Both the position numbers and the translations under genes were made by a program. Below the pieces are notes generated by a model. The model ran no database searches, was not told the origin of the DNA, and saw only the letters and a program-made list of their open reading frames with translations. From Chrysomallon squamiferum (taxonomy: Eukaryota; Animalia; Mollusca), in NCBI GenBank assembly GCA_012295275.1, contig CM022672.1, forward strand, positions 20,088,001 through 20,152,000: a stretch of DNA of 64,000 nucleotides, written 5' to 3'. Of the stretch, positions 15,204 through 26,803 are shown piece after piece (position 1 is the first letter of the stretch; each line of letters opens with the position of its first letter).

Positions 15204-15280
15204 TAAATAAATAAATAAATAAATAAAATTAAAAAAAAATTTTTACCAAGAAACCATATATGTAATAAAATTCATCTTAC

Positions 15281-15354
15281 CTGTACATTTGCAAATGAAA
15301 GATGTCTTCGTGTGATGTCCATGTTGTCTAGCTGTAACTTTGTTACTGCTCTCT
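15281..15354 (-). CDS. HS2ST1: HS2ST1-like coding exon 2 (stem region)
   Basis: Acceptor TTTTGTTTTTACAG| and donor CAG|GTAAGA. Joined in phase 1 to exon 1 it reads ERAVTKLQLDNMDITRRHLSFANVQ, similar to recalled human ERAIARHEVREIEQRH. Catalytic exons (YNRVPKT) were not found in the window. Confidence 0.8.
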
Positions 15355-17028
15355 CTGTAAAAACAAAACACAACAAAAAATTAATCACTGATATGTGTTA
15401 GGATCTGAAAATCTCTCCAGTTAAAATATCAATTTTAAACATCACAAAAACACTGAGATAAATATTTATTTGTCATCAGCTTACACCTAAACACATTTGT
15501 ATGTATTATAAATATATACATATACATACTGATATCATACAAAAGAATTTGAGAGCATGAATGAAAGAAAAGGTAAACAAATTAAACAAAAAAAAATACA
15601 GAAACAGCGAGAGATCATTTTTATTTTTCTGTTGTTTTAAAATAAATATATAACCAAAGAAAAAATCCCTATCAAAATGTAATCAAAGAAGAAATGAATG
15701 ATAATGATTTAAACAAATTTAGACTAAGTGTGCAGTAAGAAATTAATGGTAGAGAGGAACACAGATGGAGAAAGAAAAAAGAATAAACACAAAGAACAGA
15801 AACCAAAAAGAGTAAGAATTCATTTTTGTTTTCCATATAAAAAAAAAATAAAAAAAAAAAAAGAATAAAAAATTTGTTAAGAAAAACAAAACAAAAAAAA
15901 GATCCCTTGCAAAGTGTACAGACATAATTGAAGAAGAAATTACTGGCAGTGAGAAAGACCGAGTCTAATTAGGAATATTCTTGCATGTCTGATTGGTGGG
16001 TTCTCTTTAACAGTCTAGGAGTTCACAAGTTGTGCACACGTGTACCAAACTGCCTCCTGTGTTTACTTCACAGGCATGCCTCCCATTAAGATGTCATTAT
16101 GGGGCCATCCGGGCATGAACATTCTGTCAAAAATGTTTATGGGTTATTGAAACTGTGTGTGTTTAAAATATGCTATCTGCTTAATGTAATCCAGTATCAG
16201 GCTCAGCCAAGCAGAAAAATATCTATGAAAAAAGACAGATGACCCTTTCATAATTCTGATATGGTTCATGTCAGATAAAATTGATTTCTATTATTTTTGA
16301 AAAAAAATTATTTTTCTTTTTCTTTTTCTTTCCTTCTTATTCTGAATAAAGATAACTGATTCTATGTTTTGCTTACATGTATTTATAAGATCTGTCCAAT
16401 TCCAAAATGCAATTTTTTTTTTTTTAAAACATTTTTTTTTTTTTATTTTAATTCTAAGATGCTGAAATATTTTGTAAGTATACAGAAAATAGTATATATT
16501 AACCATTTGCTCCTATAATTCTATATGATCTTTCAAATTCCAACCAGTGCTTCATTTATTATAATAGTTTGCTCCATTTTTGTTTTGATTCTACCATGCT
16601 TAACCATTTTGCAAGTAGGCCTATAGTGAACCTATTTTTCATCTTTTTATGCATTTGCGCTCCTGTACAGTATTTTGGTTTTGATTTTTCAAGATGCTAA
16701 ATTATTCCTTAAACATACAGATACTACTTACCATCTAACTACACTAAATTATGTAATAATGTAATACAATATAACAGATTAATGAAGTTGTTTGCAATTC
16801 TAGACAATGATTCATTTTAATAATCTGACTTTATTAGTTGTTTTCATAGCATTTATATACGTCCTATACCAAACTTCTGTTTGTAATTATATTATTCATT
16901 AGTCAGTGTGAGATTTCTTTTATATACAGGACCATACTTGTTTTAGATGATAATGCATTTAAAAGGTTCACAGATACTACAAAGAACAACCATCTAAATA
17001 ATGGCCCTTTAACAGTTTTCCTGTTTCT

Positions 17029-17150
17029 GTTTAACAAACCACTAGAGCACTTTGATTAATTTCCTGTCATCAGCTCCTGGATTTCAAACATTTGTTTAAC
17101 GACACCATTAGAGCACACTGATCCATTTACTGCTGCTTTTCAAACACTTG
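17029..17150 (+). repeat. Two diverged ~65 bp tandem units of a probable dispersed repeat (GTTTAACGACACCA-TAGAGCAC motif)
   Basis: GTTTAACAAACCACTAGAGCACTTTGAT at 17029 and GTTTAACGACACCATTAGAGCACACTGAT at 17094, each followed by TTTCAAACA. A related fragment lies near 10650. Confidence 0.6.
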
Positions 17151-20100
17151 CTTTTTTCTAAAAAATCTTTAAATGTACCTTTGTATCAGTTGGAAAGCCT
17201 TTGATGACCAGTTATATGTCCAGTGGATGGAACCATAAATAAAAAAGATGGTATAAAGGTGTACTAAGATACATCCACATCTCTAACTGCACAAAACATG
17301 TCTGTTGTTAACAGACTGTTTTCTAACCATAAGAAACATTCAAAAAATATAATAGCTGTTTAATAATTTGATATCAATGCTATAGAAATTATGTAAAACT
17401 TGAAAGAATAAATGTGATACCAAAAATGTCCTTTCAAACAATGCATTTGCTAAGTGTATAAAGCTAAATACTAATATGAAATAATGTTCATGTATATATA
17501 ATACGTAATATGGAAACTATCATTCATTCAGTTGTTATGGATATCTATATCTACACAGATGAAGTATTGATTTTTATTTTCATTAGTCTATGTATTTAAA
17601 TGAAATGATATCTTTATGTATGAAAAACTTTAAGAGGGATTTAAAAAAGAATATGAAACAAAACACCAAAATAAACAAAAATTTAAAAATTTAAAAAAAA
17701 AACGAACAAAGAAACAAAGCAACATAAAATGACTATCATCTTCAATTTTGGTTTATTCAAAACAGTAACCTTTCACCCTACATCTTAATTTCAAATTCTC
17801 CTATTTTCACTGAATCACCATTGTATTCTCCACTTCACACAATCTCTTTTTTTTTTTTTTTTTTTTAAAACAAGTATAGATTTTGTTTTCCTCCACTAGT
17901 TTGCCAGGAAGGAAATTTGATTACAATTTCATGTAAGACCGTATTCATTGCATGACGTGACCTCTCTGGGTAGGTCATGCTCTACAAAGCACACCTTTCT
18001 GAAGCAGTAATCAGGCATGGAGTGCTCTTTTTGTCAAGCTCTGTCAACAGAGTATGTCCTGTGTGGGGTGAATGGTCAAGATGAAAGCACTGCCACAGTG
18101 TGTTGGAAATCGACAAATAAACACACCTCACTGAAGTGAGACATTTTCTCTGCATACAAAATTCCATGATCCTTAATGACAATGCTAAGTGAATCATTGA
18201 TGGATCCTTGATAAACATAGCCACTTGTGGGAGATATGTGTTTCCACTGAGGACCACACTTTGATGTTCTCCATCTTCAACAAACTCCATATCAGACTGC
18301 ATGTACAAGGACTATGTTTATAATTGCATTACTCAAAAAAATTACTCCTTTATAATTAGTTCTTTCTTCCAAGCACAATATAAGTTTCCCTATATGCAAA
18401 AAACAAACTATTCTGCAATATAGATTTTACAAACATTATTTTTAAGACTGCAAAATATTTAGTGTGTTCATCGTGGCAAAATAAAAATGTCAAAAATAGA
18501 AAAATGTTTGATTAATTTAGTTAAAACTCTGGCAAAAAAAACCTAAAAATTCTACAGATCCCCAAGAATATACACCCCAAAATAATATTCATATGTTTCA
18601 TTTAAAATATAATTTTTCAATATAATTTGAAACAGAAAAACATTTTCTGTCTCATAACTACAAGGTCTAAAATCAGTTAAAAATGGTCATTTATGATATA
18701 TCATTTAAAAAAAAAAAAAACTCCCTCTTGTTTAATATCATTGTAATAATAAATATTTAAGATTATTGACCATTTTAAAAAAAAAATTTAACTTTGTAGG
18801 ACTGTTTGTTTTATATGTATCTAGTATGAAAATCCATTGTTTATTTTTTCATCTTTCTTGTACCCAGATATGCATCCAGACATACACACAGACTAGCAGA
18901 CACAAACCACAAGAAAACCCAAGAAAAAAAAAACTATGCTATTTTACAAGAAAACCCAACAGAAAAAAATATATATCCAAAAACATTAATGTATTTACCA
19001 ATACCTGATTATTAAATTAATTTTCATTAACAATAATAACACATCTGCGTTGTGTGTTTATGGGATCTTCCTCTCCACCTCTTTATAATTACAGTTTATC
19101 TTTTCAACCTAAAATCCAGGAGCCTGTTTCTAAATCCTCTGCAAATGGTCCCATCAGAGACTCATAAATAACAATGGTCATCCTAAGGTGACCTGTCCAC
19201 TGATTGTGGTCATTTTAATCCTTCACCAGAAGACAGTCAAGCTGTCCTTTGTTAATGAAAAAATGCTATCTATTTGAAAACTTTCAGAAGAAAGTCTGCA
19301 CCCTGAAAACTATCACCTTTGTTCCTAGAGATTAAGAGAAAAATTACCAACCTGTTGTTCTATTTTTTGAAATTTTCAATATCTTTTTTCTATTTTTGAT
19401 ATTTAAATATTTAAATGCAAACATAGTATGGGAAAGTCAAAGACTATATATATTATGCTTTAAAGGTTAAACATTATTTTTGAACAGGAAAATGTGTACA
19501 AGAATCAGTTGCAGATCAATGTTGTTTTGTTATATTTAATTGTCAAGATGCAATAACCATTATTATCAAGAACAAACACTCTCCCCCAAGGAGTTTCATA
19601 ATAAATGCACTTCAACCTTGGATTCAGCTGTAAAAGTTAATAAATTTAAATATATTAATGAATAAATAAGGAAATTCATATTAATAGTAAAAATACATCT
19701 TCTCACACAATAAAAAGAAAATTAATAATGGCATTTTGTAAATACAGATTAAAAATGCAGATGGAAAATTCTAATGTTAAATATATTTTTCTTTTTCTTT
19801 TTTCTTTTATTGAAGAGTTGCATTGTGTAGAATACTAAAGATGAAACATCAAATTCCCTGCATGCCTTTAATGAACCAGTGACAAACACATAAGAAAAAT
19901 AGAGAAAACAGAAAGAGAAAAATCAAACATTCACAAAAAAATCTATAAAAATGTCCAAGGCAAATGAAGATAAGAGTTGAAAGTATGTTTATATTGATGT
20001 TTCTTTTTTTTTAAAAACAGGAAAAAATAATAATAATAAAAAAATCTATAGAAAAAAGAAAATCTTTAAAAGTCAGAAGAATGTGTAACTGGCTTATAAT

Positions 20101-20922
20101 ATTGAAATTAATTATTTAATATAAATTTAAATACAGATGGCAATTACAAAACAGATTCATACGTTACTAACAGACACACATATTCTCTCATATATATATA
20201 CAGAATACTTAAATCCATCTGTGAATTGTAATTAAAAGTAACCTTGATATCTTTCTCTATTCTCTGTAAGGAGATGAAAAAGAAACCAGCAGAGGTTAGT
20301 AAAAGAATCTGATAATGAACATGTCTGATAATAATGATGTCCTGTGGTATCCAATCATACATCCAAGTAGAGTATTATTGTACTAGGTAAACAACACAGA
20401 GGTGTCTGTGTTCAGTAATCTGTTACAATGATCTCAAGTCAAAGAAGTAAAAAACAACACACATACACACAGTCACACACACAGACACAATATATAAACT
20501 ACATACAAATTTATACCTACAACATACTTTATTATCCAATAAAACTGAGCAAATATATAATCTATATAACACAAAACATATGACGGATAAATGATATTCA
20601 GTTCTGAGTAGTTCAGTGTGTATTGAAGAAGACAAGACCATTAATTAAATTACGCCTGAATGGATGAAAAGGAATCCTTATCTCAGTCATATTTTACTGT
20701 TGCATTGACATTTATATTCATATTTTCTTAAGATTTCAGAAAATTAAAATAAAAAATTCTGATGCATTCATTACTTTAATTTTTTCACAGATGTGTCTGA
20801 AATATATTAACAAAAATAAAATGCATTTATAAATAAATGAGTATGTGTTGATGTGTATATTTGTGTATGCTAGAGTTAGCTGGATGATTGAACTGATAAT
20901 TCATTGCTGGGTCCCACTGATT

Positions 20923-21012
20923 TGGTGAGGTGACTCAGTGGCACAAGTGGATATGTAGTTCAGGTATCAGCAGCGATCTTATGGTGGGACACTCTTGTAA
21001 TTTCAAATCCAT
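20923..21012 (+). mobile_element. Degraded tRNA-derived SINE head (tentative)
   Basis: A-box-like GACTCAGTGG followed by CGATC...GGTGGG...ATTTC. It resembles my recollection of gastropod SINE heads, but there is no clean B box. Confidence 0.3.
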
Positions 21013-23248
21013 TTATCCTAATGTTCTTTACTACGTGTGAATGTCTATATACTGTGAGTATTTATATTTAGCTATTTGTGCATAATGTGTGTATGTCCTG
21101 GGTGTTTTTTTTATGTGGATTTTTGTATTTATGGATGTATATATGTATATTCAGGTATTAGTATGTTTAAATGTATTTGAAAACTGAGCAGATATATACT
21201 AGTGTTGTGAAGCTAAAGCTGTAAAAAAAAATGTAATTTAAGAAAACCAATTTTTATTTTAAAAAATGAAGTCTTCAAACAAAATTTCTTGAAAAACCAT
21301 CATGCTTACTTCACTGGTCGATGCCAGCCAATTAACAACAAGCCAAGTTTCTCCAAGTGAGATTAAACAAACGCCAATTATAAAGTCCTCCCTAGTTCTA
21401 AGTGGGATGAATTTCATCAGAAAGTCGTTGATATTCGGTTTAGAAATTGATCTCCAAGTTAGCCGCTGAAGCTGTGCACACAATCAAACCATAATCAAAG
21501 AAGAATCTCGTGGTACAATAACCCATAAACTGTTTGAAGTGTATTAATATCTCCTCTTCTCATCCAAATTTTCCAATTACTGATTTCAGAGCCTTTGACA
21601 ACTCACAGGAATTAATCTCTGGTGCAACCAGTGCAGGAAATGAAGAAATGTACATGTACTTGGGTGACTAAACAAAACATCTGTGCTGTGTGGAGAAATC
21701 TGTGCTATCATCTTACTGACATATTAATTATTATAATTTTAATTTTATGTTTTAATCTGCAGTAATCAGATAATTTAATTACAGCATTTTTAATTTTTTT
21801 ATTTATTATTTAAAATCCTAAGGCATGTTACAAACATTTTATTATCTTTATACTTCAGAGGCATGTAAATATTAATTACTGAAGTTTTTTTTTTTTTTTT
21901 ATTTTTATTTTATTTTTAGAAAGGCATATTACAAATGTTAATTATTGCATTTTTAATTTTAATATCATTATTAATCCTAAATCATTACTGATTTTTATAT
22001 CTATTATTGAACTCTTAAAAAATTATTTGCTATTTTTAAACCAGTCATCTTGAAAGATATTAATAATCTTTTATCATCACTGTTAATAAAATTGAGACAT
22101 TAAAGGGTTTTTTTCAAAATTATTAGTTTTTTTAAATCAAAACAAACCTTAGAGATTATGATTAATTGCACAACTTTTTTTTTATACTTTAGTTTTATTG
22201 TAAAGTAGGTATGTGTGAATACTTCCATTATTCTTAGCCAGATAATGAAATTAAATATATATATTTTTTAATGAAATAATTTGCTGTTTATCCTTTGTTT
22301 GATACATTCAAATTCTTTCTTCCTTTTTATTTTTATTAATTTTTTCCCATTTTCTGTTGAGTCTTATTATTTTCTTTTTCATTTACCCCTTCTTTGTTAT
22401 TTTTTTTTTTTTTTTTTTCAATTTTATATTACAAAAGCTATTAATTCTCCAGATAATAACATGTTTTTAACAAACAGAAATGAAATATTTTGTTTCCACG
22501 GTAACTCCCTGGTGAGATAGCGCAGTTTCAATTTTAATGGAAGAACACTTTAAAAGTGTATAATTAAAATCAAAATGACATTGATTTAATAATTCATGTA
22601 CTGCCAGGGAAATACATTACACACGTGCTCTTGAAAAAATACTATATTTAACATTCTGTGGCTTGCAGTAGCTATTTTCATTGTCATGACAACGCATTTG
22701 GTTATGTTGAATTTTAAATTCATGTTTTTAAAGTCATAAACATTTTATAATGTTTATAATAATTTGATAATCAACAAACTTTAATTTCAGTTTGACTCAT
22801 TTTATTTAATCCACAAAATGAAATTTAAAAAAAAAAAAATTTAGTCACAATAACTGAAATTTATCATTTTGTTTGTTGATATCAAAATGCCTGTTTGTTT
22901 GACTATGTATGTTACAGGAAACAAGTTCAAAGACTACTGAAGTTGACCCATAGTTCTGAAGTGTGTCTGTACTTTACATTAGTGAGTTTATAAAGCACTT
23001 TCTGACATGTTAAATATGTACCATATAAATGAATGCAGTAACACACAGTAACAAACAAATTACAATTCTTTAATGACTCTTAACCACTTACAGGCTGAGG
23101 TAAGTGGTGAGATGGTGTCTGGCAATTTATTACTATGAGGAAGGAAATGTATTGCACTTTAATAATTACAAATTAATTTTTTTTTTTTATTTCTTTTTTC
23201 ATGGCACCTGATCCATCCAGTATTAATTTAAAATAATTATATTATTTT

Positions 23249-23288
<40 letters not shown>

Positions 23289-23345
23289 ATTTTATCTGAC
23301 TGCTGAGTAACAGCAAAATAAATTTGGCATCAATATATCCTACAG

Positions 23346-23859
23346 CAGTGCTGCCCAACCTTTTCCAAACATGGGCCAGATTTAAGAAAAAACGATGCCA
23401 GTGGGCTGGACTCACATTTCTAGCCTATCATTTTTTAATACAACTACTTGAAATGGTTTGAAAAAGTATTCAGAACTGAAAACATTGATTCTATTATTCT
23501 GTTTATAGAAATTATCCATTATACAATTATAATTCATAACTCAGTTTAAACATAGGGGTCCTACATATGATACTATTTCTATTACTTCTTCACTGCTATC
23601 AAAAAATTAAAATCTCCAGATATTACATGAATACGAAATGACCGTTAAATTTTTTGATTTAGAACCTTACATTCTATAAAACAAATTTAACAATTGATCA
23701 AGATAAAGAAAACATTTGTTCAAATAAATGGCTTTGTATTTCAATAATAAAACAATTTTATTGAATAATTAAGGAATAAATTGAAGACCGACTAGCAGGC
23801 CGGATTCTAAGGCTTCGTGGTCCGGATCCAGCCCGCGGGCCGGATGCTGGGCAGCACTG
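23346..23859. mobile_element. Non-autonomous hAT (Charlie-type) DNA transposon / MITE, 514 bp
   Basis: TIRs CAGTGCTGCCCAAC and GCTGGGCAGCACTG match at 13 of 14 positions. The 8-bp flanks TCCTACAG and TCCTGGAG match at 6 of 8 (degraded TSD). The subterminal GCCCGCGGGC palindrome is typical of Charlie-like elements. No transposase ORF. Confidence 0.85.
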
Positions 23860-23964
23860 TCCTGGAGTATAATTATCATATTTTGATTTCTGGCATTTCA
23901 TATTAATTAACGTTAGTAATAACTGGCATTCTACTTGCAGAAATAAATTTTTATGTCATTTACA

Positions 23965-24345
23965 ATTTTACTTTATTGTAACAAGAGATTTGCTATTGTA
24001 ACTGGATATGATTCTGGGGTTTTTATTTTGTTCTGACAATCTCCTTTTTTCATTTTTTTTTATTTTTTATATAAATAAAGTGATTTTGAAACTTTCCTTT
24101 ATTGTAATAATCAATCACAATTTTGCAAGTAGATATAAAAAGTTTTGTTGGCATATTTCTTCATTTTTATGACAATCAGTTTTGCCAGCAGAAGTATATC
24201 AATATGAAACTGGGAATATTTCCTCTATTGTGATAATTACAGTTTTGCTATTGAATGGACATAAGTGTTTTGGCATATATCCTTTATTGTGGCAATCGCA
24301 ATTCTGCTTCTAGATGTGAATGTGATTTGGGAGTTTCCCCTATAT
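23965..24345. repeat. Old degenerate tandem repeat, ~60 bp unit
   Basis: Recurrent TGGCATATTTCCTTTATTGTGACAATCACAATTTTGC-like units. Confidence 0.6.
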
Positions 24346-26670
24346 TAATTCACTCAGGTGACAAAGTGTTATGTTGCCACTTTATAACTTACACCCACTT
24401 AGTGCTTTTTTGTGTAACTCTGTTCTTGTGGTAAGTGGTTAAATTGCTCTTGACAAACTCATTTATATCACTTATTACTTTACTAGATGCAACTTCCCCC
24501 CAGGCTGTGGCCAGAACACAACCATGTGTAAATGTGTTGTGTGAAATATTGACTAGCTGTCAGCCAATCCATATAACAGTATCATTACACTATTTTCCTG
24601 TTCACTGGTTTTCATTTAGCTTTAAACAACAATTTTTACATGTGTCATAAGCTGCCATTCCATACGTAAGGCTTTCAACTGCAAAGTCTGTGGAACATGT
24701 AATTTGCAGTTTAGAAAACAGCTTTTGTTAAATGTTAATTTTTTCTTTATCTTGGTCTTTTAACATTTGGAAAGCCAAAGGAAAAAAAAAAAAATTATAA
24801 TAAGAAACAAAAATATCAAAAACAATTTGTTATTTCTGTACAACTAAAGTGTTGATTGTAATTATTTGTATTATTACAAATTGTAACTTTTCTTGTATTT
24901 TTCACTTGTTTTCTTTTTATTTAAAAAAATAAAAATAAAATTACTTGATATATAATATTTTAAAAGATCTTTGAAAACTATAATAAATTATAAAATTTGC
25001 AAGGATATTAATCATTTGAATATATTGATATAACAAGTTTAGCTGAAAAGCAAAGTAATAATTTTGGTAATTCTGTAATCCATTTGTCATAATTCAATGT
25101 AAAAATGATATATACAAATACACAGATTGTGCATTAGGCAAGACATTACTATGAGGGTTTTTTTCTCCATTTTTAATTTATATTTTTTACATCTTCAGTA
25201 TACAAGTTTTATGGAAATGCTTAAAGTAAATACTATTCTCATGGAAATTAAGTTTTCTTTTCAACAAATTATATAATACTGATGCCATTCATCTGAAATG
25301 TTCATGCTTGTAATTTCATCTTCCATGAATCACTGTAATATAGCTGCTAACGAAAAATACGATAATACGAGCTAATGCCATTTACTTGAATATAAGCAAC
25401 ATTAAATAAACATCATTGTCTTGTACTGTGCATTACAGCCTCACTTCTCTGATATAAACTGAAATGAAATGATAAAATTATTTAAATTGAAAATGATTCC
25501 CCCTCTCCAATGCTGGCTGTATTAAACTGCTCATCCCTTTTCAAGTGAAAAAAGTTTTACTGCTTGTAATTTTCTCTTCTAACCCTTGGCCCATAAAATG
25601 GAATTGAGGAATGCAAAAATGTAAACGACTGATGCAGCAGTTACAGGCAATGTTTACTGTGTTTATGATTTTCAGATAAACTTCCCCCTTCCAGTACGAA
25701 TACCAAACTTAATGCTTGCCCATAAATAAAATTTAAAAAAAGGCTCTCGTAGCAAGTGATACAGGAAATATCATTTACTTATCCCAAAAATATTTTTTCA
25801 TTTCTTACTCATTTGACTTTTTAGAATGCTATTATCACAGCGATATCTAAAAGAAAAGGAAAAAAGCAAAGAAAACCTCCTTGTAATATCAACATATGCT
25901 GCCTGGTCTTCTTTATCTACTTGTATTACTATCTGCTTAAGTATATTGTTTACTGAGTTGATAATCATTGATGAACCTTTCCTTCTAGACATTTAAACCT
26001 TTATCATAAAGATAAAAGAAAGGAAAAAAAGGAAATTAAAAATGAAACAAAAGAAAGAAAGGAAAGAGTAAAAGAAGGAAAGAATAAATAAGGTTGAAAA
26101 CATAAAGAAAGAGAATATTTATTTTGTCATGTTTATGAATGATAAAAATGATAGGCATAATATAATATATGTTAAATATTACTGATCTTTCTTTCTATAG
26201 GCAAATATACAGTTAAGCTTTAGTCAAATTAATTTATTAATAAAAAAACAAAAACTTAAAATAAATCCTACTATAGTAGATAAAAAACACAAAAAAACAA
26301 AACACAATTGTCTGTATATACTGTCATTAACAAAGCAAAATTTCACTTCTGTATTATTACATTTTTCTGGACAAAGATGATATTTACACTAGCATTTGTA
26401 GATTAAGCCACTAGTCAGGTAAAGAGAATTATATATAAATAATTGGATGATAAGATTATGATGTTTACATTTAATCCCTGGAAATCCTGAAATGTTTATT
26501 CTGATTCAGCGAATAATAAAATGTATAGCATTTCTGGAATGTTGACAATGTTCCAAGCAATGTACATACATACTGGTAATAATTTGTAATAATAATAAAT
26601 ACATTAATTAATTAAAAGAAAATATAAACAGATCCATACAAAAATAATAAATGTTTAAATGTGGCGGAAA

Positions 26671-26803
26671 ACTTGGTTTTCAATTTCTGTCTTTTGGCAA
26701 TATTAGAGAAAAATGTTAAATAAACTTGAAAGATTACTTGGTTTTCAATTTCTGTCTTTTGGCAATATTAGAGAAAAATGTTAAATAAACTTGAAAGATT
26801 ACT
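26671..26803. repeat. Perfect 65 bp tandem duplication
   Basis: ACTTGGTTTTCAATTTCTGTC...CTTGAAAGATT occurs at 26671-26735 and 26736-26800, followed by ACT. Confidence 0.95.

Noticed and set aside
1-15280. HS2ST catalytic exon 3 (YNRVPKT.STS)
   Set aside because: A manual scan of the minus strand did not find it. It probably lies left of the window, though I could have missed a very short exon.
17982-18308. 108 aa minus-strand ORF as a nested gene or HS2ST exon
   Set aside because: No recognisable domain, no sulfotransferase motif, no convincing flanking splice sites.
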